From contig CAXULY010000067.1 in NCBI GenBank assembly GCA_964252075.1, forward strand, positions 1 to 20,489: 20,489 bases of DNA, read 5' to 3'. Of the stretch, positions 6,120 through 13,783 are shown piece by piece (the first letter of the stretch is position 1; each line of letters begins with the position of its first letter). Position numbers and translations under genes: made by a program. This DNA comes from an uncultured Deinococcaceae bacterium (GTDB taxonomy: Bacteria; Deinococcota; Deinococci; Deinococcales; Deinococcaceae). The notes beneath the pieces are model-generated. The model was not told the origin of the DNA, made no database searches, and saw only the letters and a list, made by a program, of their open reading frames with translations.

Positions 6120-8672
6120 TCACGCGGGGCCGGTGGGCGCCTCGTTCTGCCAGAGCGGCAACGTCAGGGTGAACGCGGTCCCTTCCTCCACACCATGCGC
6201 GGCCACGTCCCCCCCATGCCGCTGCATGATGCGGCGGACGTTCGCCAGACCGAGCGGCCCACTTCGATTCAGGTCGAACGGCGCGCGCAACACCGCCAGG
6301 TCCTCCTCGCTGAAGTGGCCGTTCGAGTGCACCACGACCTCCACCTGCGCCCCGCGCACGACCGCGCGGGTGGTGAGCACGGTGTCCTCACCGCTGGCCG
6401 GACGGCTCAGCAGCAGCAGGAACACCTCCGTGAACACCTGCCTCAGCCGCAAGGCGTCCCCGCGCACGGCCGGCAAGACGCCCATCACCCACCGGACCGG
6501 CCGCGGGCGGGTGTGGGGTTCCAGGTCGCTGCGCACCTGCACGATCAGCGGGTACAGCGGCACCCGGACGAACCGCAACTCGCGGTTCTCCAGTTGCGTG
6601 AACTGCCGGATTTCATCGGCCACGCCGCTCATCCGCTGCGTCTCGGCCGTCAGCAGGCGAATCAGCTGCGAGAGGCGGTCGTCTTGCCCGTCCTTGAGGT
6701 CCTGCAGGCGCTGCTCGATCAACGACACCACCCCATTCGTGCGGCGCAGCGGCTCCTCCAGGCTGCCCGCCAGGGTGGTGGCCACCGCCCGGAGTTCCAC
6801 GTTCAGGTCCTGCCAGCGGCGGGTGCGTTCCTCCACCCGCTGCTCTAGCCGCTCCTCGGTGCGTTTCTGGTCGTCGATGTCGGTGGCCGAGCCGATCCAG
6901 CGCACCACCTGTCCCTCCACGCGGACGGGCTCCACCCGCGCGACGTGCCAGCGGTACACCCCGTCCGCCCGGCGCAGCCGAAGTTCCAGGCTGTAGCGCC
7001 GCCCCGCCTGGATCGATGAAGTTCGCAGCTGCAGGGCGGCGTCGCGGTCGTCCGGGTGCAGCGCGGCCAGCCATGCGGAGCTCCCCTGGGCGTCCGCCAG
7101 CCCGGTGTACGCGCGCCACTGGTCGTTGAATTCCTGCACGCGGCCCTCCGGCGTCAGGAACCACACCAGGTTTGGCAGGGCGTTCAGGGTGCCGCGCAGC
7201 GACTGCAGGTTCACCTGTTCATGGCGCGCGATCTCCTCCGCTTGACGGCGGGCGGCCTGCTCCAGTTCGTACACCCGGGCCCGGCGCAGCGCCTTCGCGG
7301 TGTGCGTGACCAGCGCCGCCAGGAACTTCCGCTCCAGCGCGTCAAACGGGTGGGGGTGCGCGTAACTCAGGGTCAGGGTGCCGACCACCTCACCGTCCAC
7401 CAGGAGGGGCAGGACGGCCAGCGCCTGCGTGCGCCCTTCCAGGGTGTCGGCCACGTCCGGATACGCCCGCAGCAGCGCCTCACGGGTGGAGAGGAACACG
7501 GCGCTGCCGGTTCGTCGGACAACCTGGACCGGCAGCGCCGCGGTGGACGCCATGACCTGGCGGACCTCGCCAAAGCGGGGGGCGTAGCCCCACTGGGCCG
7601 TGAGCCGCAGGGTTTCGCCGTCCGGGTCCATTTCGGTGAAGAAACCACCGTATGCGCCTGTGACCTCCGCGCTTTCGTGCAGCACCACCCGGTACACGTC
7701 CGCGCGCGTCAGGGTGGGGGACAGCAGGTCGGCGAAGGCGTGCAGCAGCGCGTGGTGCCGCTCCAGCCAGCTGCGGGCGGTGAGGAGGCCGGTGCGGGTG
7801 AGCGCCTGCGCGATCTCGTCGCCCGCCGCGGTCAGGAGGGCCCGCCGGTCCGGGTCGAAGTCCTGCGGGACCGTGAAGTCCAGGACCAGCACCCCCAGGC
7901 GCTGGCCCGCACGCGTCAGGGGCAGGCACGCCAGCGCCTGCACCTGATGCGCGGCGACCAGCCACTGCATCTGGGGGTGGTGGTCCTCCACGCGGTCTTC
8001 GATCCACACCGGCGCGTCCGTCCGGGCGGCCTGCGTGGCTGGCAGGGGGGCGTCGATGGGGACCGACTGGAAGGCGACCTGCTCCTCTTCGGAATACCCG
8101 TGGGCGCCGGCCAGCAGCAACGTCCGCGCGTCGTCACTCCAGAGGTACAGCAGCACCCCGTGCGCCTGAAGCACCTCGTGGCACCCGCGGAGCGTCAGGG
8201 TGAGGGCCGCCTGGAGGTCCGTGGCCTGCGCGAGGGCCTGGGTGAGGTGCAGCAGCCGGGTCGCCAAGTCGCCGCGCCGCGCGAGGGTCCGCTCTGCCCG
8301 TTTGAGGGCGTCGATGTCGTGACAGGTCGACACCCAGTACCGCAGGGCCCCCGACGCGGAGCGGACCGCCTGGCTTCGGCCGCACACCCAGTGGTGGATG
8401 CCGTTCGCCTGCCGCAGCCGGAACTCGTACTCGATGGGTTCGGTGTGCAGCCAGTGGGCCGGCAGGAGGTCTCGCAGGCGGTCGCGGTCGTCCGGATGCA
8501 CCGCGTCCAGGTAACCCCACTCCAGCAGGGCCTCCAGGGCCTGCCCGGTCGTGGCGGTCATGCTGCTGTTGGTGTAGAGGCACCGGCCGGTGTCGTCGCA
8601 GCACCAGATGGGCTGCGGCACGGTCTCGTAGGGTTCGTCGAGCTCGGTGACGGTGGGGCGGTTGGAGGACAT
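6120..8672 (-). CDS. PAS-GAF-GAF-PAS sensor with degenerate HisKA/HATPase core
   Basis: PAS/PAC repeats (AVHPDDR..EYEFRLRQANG..W; ALHPDDR..LELRLRRADGVYRW..TDIDDQK); two GAF domains (LACLPL..LGVL; LAVLPL..VVGTL); kinase-like tail LGLANVRRIMQRHGG..GTAFTLTLP. Confidence 0.85.
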   Translation of the reverse strand: MSSNRPTVTELDEPYETVPQPIWCCDDTGRCLYTNSSMTATTGQALEALLEWGYLDAVHPDDRDRLRDLLPAHWLHTEPIEYEFRLRQANGIHHWVCGRSQAVRSASGALRYWVSTCHDIDALKRAERTLARRGDLATRLLHLTQALAQATDLQAALTLTLRGCHEVLQAHGVLLYLWSDDARTLLLAGAHGYSEEEQVAFQSVPIDAPLPATQAARTDAPVWIEDRVEDHHPQMQWLVAAHQVQALACLPLTRAGQRLGVLVLDFTVPQDFDPDRRALLTAAGDEIAQALTRTGLLTARSWLERHHALLHAFADLLSPTLTRADVYRVVLHESAEVTGAYGGFFTEMDPDGETLRLTAQWGYAPRFGEVRQVMASTAALPVQVVRRTGSAVFLSTREALLRAYPDVADTLEGRTQALAVLPLLVDGEVVGTLTLSYAHPHPFDALERKFLAALVTHTAKALRRARVYELEQAARRQAEEIARHEQVNLQSLRGTLNALPNLVWFLTPEGRVQEFNDQWRAYTGLADAQGSSAWLAALHPDDRDAALQLRTSSIQAGRRYSLELRLRRADGVYRWHVARVEPVRVEGQVVRWIGSATDIDDQKRTEERLEQRVEERTRRWQDLNVELRAVATTLAGSLEEPLRRTNGVVSLIEQRLQDLKDGQDDRLSQLIRLLTAETQRMSGVADEIRQFTQLENRELRFVRVPLYPLIVQVRSDLEPHTRPRPVRWVMGVLPAVRGDALRLRQVFTEVFLLLLSRPASGEDTVLTTRAVVRGAQVEVVVHSNGHFSEEDLAVLRAPFDLNRSGPLGLANVRRIMQRHGGDVAAHGVEEGTAFTLTLPLWQNEAPTGPA

Positions 8673-8850
8673 GGGGCCCTCAGACCATCTCACATTCGAT
8701 GTGAAACGTTGGTGTTTTTTAACCTTTTTGCCATCTGACTGTTAGAGGACCACGGACGCACGAGCCCGCCCTGCCGATGAGGGCACTGCGCGCAGCGCCC
8801 TCGCCCTCCCTGCGAAGGCCGGACGGGGCCGCCTCGCCAGGCGACATGTC

Positions 8851-9213
8851 ATGACGTGGGAGGCGGCGTTCGACTCGGAGGTGCTGCTGCGCAGCATCTA
8901 TGCCCTGCTGCCGCAGGCGATGTTCCGTGCACAGCGCCAGACGGATGGGTCGATGGTCTTCCCGCTGCGGCCGTTCTGTGACTGGGAGTGCGCGATGGTC
9001 GCGTGCGCAGAGGCCTGGCAGGAGTACTCGCCATGCCACCGCTCGTGCCGGTACCAGGCGCTCGGCGCGGCGTGCCTGCAACAAGGCGTGATCCTGCAGG
9101 GCGCGCACTCGGCCCTCGGGGACTCCCTGGCGACCGCGGCGGTCATCCGGGCGGTGGCCGCCAGCTCCCCGCGCGGCTGGACGCCGGAGGACGTCCCCTG
9201 GGACTGGGTGTAG
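8851..9213 (+). pseudogene. C-terminal half of a DEDDh (DnaQ-like) 3'-5' exonuclease
   Basis: ExoII-like (RHV)MTWEAAFD, WECAM, ExoIII-like GAHSALGDSLAT; no ExoI DxE segment upstream. Confidence 0.6.
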
Positions 9214-9246
9214 GCGCCCGTCGGCGGTCCGCCCTGCGGCCCGGCC

Positions 9247-9486
9247 CTACCAGATGTCGCCCTCGTCCACCCGCTCGCGCAGCCGCTGCATGACCTCGTC
9301 GGCGCTGCTGACGCCGCTGACAATCCCATTGCCCTGATCGCTGCCGTCGATATACGCGCTGTACCCCATATTTTTCTCCGGTATCTGGAAGCCGTGACCG
9401 GGGGCGTAGTTGGGTCGGTTCCATTCCTCGACGATCAGCAGCTGGTGCCCGTTGTACTGTTCCCGCTTCGGGTTTCTCTGCGACAT
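9247..9486 (-). CDS. Hypothetical protein (79 aa), likely leaderless
   Basis: Globular-looking sequence; TAGGCT (9498-9493) 6 nt before ATG 9486. Confidence 0.65.
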   Translation of the reverse strand: MSQRNPKREQYNGHQLLIVEEWNRPNYAPGHGFQIPEKNMGYSAYIDGSDQGNGIVSGVSSADEVMQRLRERVDEGDIW

Positions 9487-9605
9487 GCCCCCAGCCTACC
9501 CGCTCCGCCCGTCAATCACTCATCATGGTTTTTCTGCTCCCAGCGCACATTTTCAGGACACAAACAACACATCACCCGGAGCCTCTGTCAAGCAAACATA
9601 CACCC

Positions 9606-9989
9606 ATGAACGCGAAAAACCTCGTCCTCTTCGACCTCCGCCCCACGCACGCCGTCCTCGCCGCTCACCTCGGGCGCCGCGCGGTGGTGCGCTTCCGCCG
9701 CCAGCTCGAAACGATGGACCTGCGCACCCACGACCTGTGCGGTCAGGTGGCCTTCCCCAGCGATACCGACGCGCTCGCCGCCGACCCGGCCGCCCACACC
9801 GCCTTCCGGGCGGGGGTCGAGGCCCACCTGCGCCGCGCCCGGGTCGCCCAGCGCTTCGCCGCCTGCCTCCCCGCCAGCCGGGGCGGCGCCAAGGTGCGCC
9901 TCCTGGCCGCCGACAACGTGGATGTGGCGCAGGAGGTGCTCGAGGTGCTCGACCGCACCCCGGTGCGGCGCCTGCTGGTCCTCCTCTGA
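9606..9989 (+). CDS. Hypothetical protein (127 aa)
   Basis: ATG 9606 after an AT-richer spacer; strong GC3 bias; its 3' end recurs in diverged form at 10883. Confidence 0.65.
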   Translation: MNAKNLVLFDLRPTHAVLAAHLGRRAVVRFRRQLETMDLRTHDLCGQVAFPSDTDALAADPAAHTAFRAGVEAHLRRARVAQRFAACLPASRGGAKVRLLAADNVDVAQEVLEVLDRTPVRRLLVLL

Positions 9990-10089
9990 CCCCACCCCTC
10001 CCCCACGCCCCGGCCCCACACCAGGGTTTTTTTGATTCAGGGACCGCTCACGGCCCACCGCCCACCGCGGCCACGCAGCGACCCCTGGC
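9891..10089 (+). repeat. Diverged direct repeat, copy 1
   Basis: Encodes KVRLLAADNVDVAQEVLEVLDRTPVRRLLV, plus downstream T-tract and accgctcacggcccaccgcccaccgcggccacg; aligns with 10883-11072. Confidence 0.8.
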
Positions 10090-10752
10090 TGGTTCCTGGC
10101 CTTGTCGCTCCGAAAGGGCCTCCATGAGGGCGCGCGCCATGGCCGCCACGCCCGGAGCGCCGTGAACCGACGCCAGCTCCGTCGCCTCCACCAGGTGCGC
10201 CCGGGCCGCGCTGAAGTCCCCCAGTTCCATCCGCAGTTCCGCCAGGGCGACCAGCGCCGCGGCGACACCCTCATGAAAGGCGATGTCCCTGCGGAGTTGA
10301 ACCGACGCTTCCAGCCAGGGCGCCGCGGCCGCCGGACGGCCCCTGAGAATCTCATCGAACCCCAGGTGCCGGGCGATACAGGAGAGCAGCAGGTGGTCCT
10401 TGTGGTGCTCAGCCAGCACCTGAGCGTGGCGGTACAGCGGCAGGGCTGCATCAAGGTCGTGTTGAATGACCTGCTGGAACGTGCCCATCCAGAACAACGC
10501 CTCCGCCTCGCCCTTCACATCTCCCAGTGCGTGGTACAGCGCGCGCGCCTGTTCGAGCGACGGCCATTCAGGGGCGCGGGGCGTGCGGTCCAGCAGAAAT
10601 TGCGCGTGAGCGAGCCGACCGCGTGCCAGGGCCGCGTCGGCTTCCAGCTGCTGGAGGTGCCGTTGTGCGGCCTCCAACATCGCCGCGTCCGTGCGGTAGG
10701 CCTCGATTGCCCGGATGGACGCGATCGCGTCAAAGGACGGGGGGGTGGACAT
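10048..10752 (-). CDS. Tetratricopeptide-repeat (TPR-like) protein
   Basis: LEQARALYHALGDVKGEAEALFWMG; LEASVQLRRDIAFHEGVAAALVALAEL. The stop lies inside repeat copy 1. Confidence 0.8.
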   Translation of the reverse strand: MSTPPSFDAIASIRAIEAYRTDAAMLEAAQRHLQQLEADAALARGRLAHAQFLLDRTPRAPEWPSLEQARALYHALGDVKGEAEALFWMGTFQQVIQHDLDAALPLYRHAQVLAEHHKDHLLLSCIARHLGFDEILRGRPAAAAPWLEASVQLRRDIAFHEGVAAALVALAELRMELGDFSAARAHLVEATELASVHGAPGVAAMARALMEALSERQGQEPARGRCVAAVGGGP

Positions 10753-10882
10753 GCGTCATTCTTCCATGGGCACCGAACGGCTGAGCGGGCCGGGTCGTCC
10801 CCGGTCATGCCCGCGGTGAGGCGGACGACCACACCATCGTGAACCACCCGAGCATCTCTTCCATCCGCTCCTCCGCTCTGGC

Positions 10883-11072
10883 AAGATGCGCTTGCTGGCC
10901 GCCGACGATGTCGATGTGACCGAGGAGGTGCTCGACTGCACGACCGTCCAGCGTCCCTTGGTCCCTCACTACCCACCCCCCGCTGTTCCGTCCGCGCGCC
11001 GCGTCGTTTTTCAGTTTCAACGCACCGATCACGACCCGCGGCCCACTGCGGCCACGACCCAGCCCCCGTGGC
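10883..11072 (+). repeat. Diverged direct repeat, copy 2 (gene-end remnant)
   Basis: KMRLLAADDVDVTEEVL-DCTTVQRPLV, then T-tract and accgatcacgacccgcggcccactgcggccacg. Confidence 0.8.
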
Positions 11073-11159
11073 CAGCCCGAGTCCGGACAACCATCGTGGG
11101 CGCTCACAAGCGCCTTCGAACGCGGCGTAGAGTCCACCCTCGGCGTGATGCCCGCGCCG

Positions 11160-11933
11160 TCAACGCTTCAGAGATCCGCCGCCCATGGTGCCGGGCACGA
11201 GGTCGCCCCTCCCGGCCCCTGAGGTGGTGGACGCCGCCCAGGCGCGGCGCTGCTCGGCCTCGGTCAGTAGGCGTGAAGGATGCGGGTCAGGCCGAAGCCG
11301 GTCCTGCACCCAGATGGGGGCGCGCGCCATCGGCACCAGCCGGTCACCCTGCACGCGCAGAACGTGATGCACCCAGAAGGTGTGCCACACGCCCCGCCAT
11401 CACGCGCGGGGACCAGCGCGGTGTGGATGACGGAGGGCAACTCCGGGTCTGTCCGGACCACCGCGCGAGGATCGAACAGCATCGTGTCGATGGCGCTCGC
11501 GCGGTACCCCATGCGGTTCGGCAGGAGGAACAGCGCCACGGACGCCTCCACTTGAATGCCGTTGCCGTTCCACGACAGGTTGAGCGCGTCATCCGTCCGC
11601 CCGTCGCGGTTGAGGTCGGCGGTCCACACCGAAGGCAACGCCGCCGGAGAAGGCCGCAGGTGCGGGTGCAGGCGTGGACCGCCGGGCCGGTCGAGCGTCA
11701 GGTTCGGCTGGCCGCTCCGGTCGGAGGTGAACGCGACGCGCGCGCCCAGCGGCGACGCGGCAGGTGAACGTGTCGACCGCCGGACGGTCAGGCAGGCGAT
11801 CACCGGGGTGGAGGGGCTCCACCCGCGGGTGCGGCCCCAACGGGTGAAAGTCGGACAGCAGGCTGCCCGAAGCGAGGGCCAGGGCGGACGGGAAGCAAAA
11901 GGACCAGGTCAGCAGCCGGACGGCGCGCCACAT
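11160..11933 (-). pseudogene. Secreted hypothetical protein with two frameshifts
   Basis: ATG 11933 (TACCGT 6 nt upstream), signal-like MWRAVRLLTWSFCFPSALA; coding continues in ORF 11264-11803 (WTADLNRDGRTD, FG-GAP-like) and then ORF 11160-11390 (WHTFWVHHVLRVQGDRLV). Confidence 0.55.
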
Positions 11934-12567
11934 GCACCCACGGTAGGCGCGTGAGACGCGCGGATCCACCGGCCGCGTCACCGCCCGGGCGGTCCGCATC
12001 GGCACGGCGCGGGGCCTGGGCGCCGTGAAGCTGCAGGCACGGCGCTGAAGCACCTCCCCGCCTGCCAGCCTCGGGCCATCGATGCCCGACCATGTCCTTC
12101 GAGCCGAGCGCGTGCGCCGTGCGGGAAGCGCGGGTCATGCAGGGACACGTGAGAAAGGAGCGCCGGCCGCGCACGACCTGCACCGGCTGCAATCCCCCAC
12201 AGCCGGTCCCCGGGGACTGGCATCAGTCGACGCGATCGGCCTGGACGCGGCGCTCCCCAGGGATTTGGACACCGTCACCGGATGGCGCTCACGCACAACC
12301 GCCGGGAATGATGGCCGGGGTTCCCCCACGTGCGGCCATGCTGAGCCGACTGGCGCTGCCCATGCTGCCCTTCGACGGCGTCGCCCTCCAGCACCCGGCG
12401 ACCTGCGCGGTGCGGCCGGGTGCACATGCTACCTTCGCCCGGACGGCCCGAGGCCGCTTCGGGTCAAGGACCGGCCCTCACACTGTGGGGGGTGCGGGAG
12501 CTCATCGCCCGGACTTCGGCATGGCGGCGCTGAGACCGCCCGGGGGGCTGGTCGGTCCGGACGCGCT

Positions 12568-13410
12568 TCAGCCGCACGCTGTGGCGTGCGGCGCCGAGCG
12601 GCGGCGCTGGGCCACGCTGTACTCGGCGGCGGCGCGCACCAGGATGCCCATCTTGTGCGGGTTGGCTTCCAGGTCGATGCGGACGTTCAGTTCCGCGGCG
12701 GCTTCGGTGCAGGCCGGGCCGATGGACGCGACCACCATGCGCTTCAGCGCGGCGCGCAGTTCCGCCTCCAGGCCGAGGCACTGGGCATGCTTGATGAAGT
12801 GCAGGACCTGGGTGCCGCTGGAGAGCAGCAGGATGTCGCGCTCCTGCCGCACGGTGGCGTGCACGGCGGCGGTCAGGGGCGCCACATCCGCCGGGAAGGC
12901 GCAGCGGTACACGGGCACACAGGTGGTGTGGAGGCCGTGCGCTTCCAGTTCACGCACCATCGCGCTGGGGGTGTCGTCGCCGTACTCCAGGATGGCGACG
13001 CGCTGCCCGGGGGTCAGCGCACCAAGCAACTGCTCCTGCACTTCACGCCAGGTGTGCGGGCGGGGCACCATCTCGCCGCGCAGGCCGAGCGCCTTGAGCG
13101 CCTGCTGCGGCTTGCTGCCCCGCGCGATGAGCGGCACGGCGCGCACCCGATCAAGGTGCCGCGGGTCGCGGGCGAAGAGGTCTTTCAGAAACAGTTTGGT
13201 GCCCACGCCCGTCATGCACACGACGGCGTGCAGGTTCCCGGCCAGCAGGGCCGCCTCGAAGCGTTCCAGGTCGGCGCTGGTGTCGAGCCGGTACTCGCGC
13301 AGGCTGGGGGCGACGTCCGCGCGCCCGCCGTACTTGCCGATGAGGGTGGCCATCTCGTCGGCTCGGCGCGACTCCAGGCTCAGGACGCGCAGGCCGCCGA
13401 ACCAATCCAC
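12568..13410 (-). CDS. hemD: Uroporphyrinogen-III synthase (HemD family)
   Basis: LSLESRRADEMATLIGKYGG, CMTGVG, IARGSKP, VPVYR, LLSSGTQV, VASIGPACTEA; overlaps the nirD end. Confidence 0.85.
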   Translation of the reverse strand: MDWFGGLRVLSLESRRADEMATLIGKYGGRADVAPSLREYRLDTSADLERFEAALLAGNLHAVVCMTGVGTKLFLKDLFARDPRHLDRVRAVPLIARGSKPQQALKALGLRGEMVPRPHTWREVQEQLLGALTPGQRVAILEYGDDTPSAMVRELEAHGLHTTCVPVYRCAFPADVAPLTAAVHATVRQERDILLLSSGTQVLHFIKHAQCLGLEAELRAALKRMVVASIGPACTEAAAELNVRIDLEANPHKMGILVRAAAEYSVAQRRRSAPHATACG

Positions 13411-13751
13411 ACTTCACCTCCGTTCTCGCGCACCGCGTACACCGGCACGCGAATGCGAGGGTCGTCCAAGCTCTCGCCCGTTTCAAGATCGAAGCCGTGT
13501 TTCAGGAGGGGACTGACGACCTTCAGGCGCCCGCCCGCGTCGCCGGTCAGACCGCGCGACAGGACGTTCGCGCCGGTGTAGGGATCGCGGTTGCCCAGCG
13601 CGAAGATGCGCCCCGCCACGTGGAAGACCGCGACCTGCTGGCCCTGCACGAGGGCGCAGACGCCCGTGCCGGGCAGGATGTCTGTGAGGGCGCACACGCG
13701 CGTCCAGGCGAGGGCGGGGGTGGAAACCGGATTCATCTGCAGGGTGGTCAT
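13380..13751 (-). CDS. nirD: Nitrite reductase small subunit
   Basis: GVCALVQGQQVAVF, NRDPYTGANVLSRGLTGD, VSPLLKHGFDLETG; directly after nirB. Confidence 0.93.
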   Translation of the reverse strand: MTTLQMNPVSTPALAWTRVCALTDILPGTGVCALVQGQQVAVFHVAGRIFALGNRDPYTGANVLSRGLTGDAGGRLKVVSPLLKHGFDLETGESLDDPRIRVPVYAVRENGGEVWIGSAACAS

Positions 13752-13783
13752 GGTGGGCGCTCCTGATGGTCAGCGGGTGGCGG

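Noticed and set aside
5680..8738. Plus-strand ORFs 5680-6996, 6045-6848 and 7056-8738
   Set aside because: Antisense shadows of the sensor gene; only the stub starting at ATG 5896 may be a real remnant.
11950..12560. Possible gene remnant or ncRNA between the pseudogene and hemD
   Set aside because: No recognisable motif, codon bias or stable structure found by eye.
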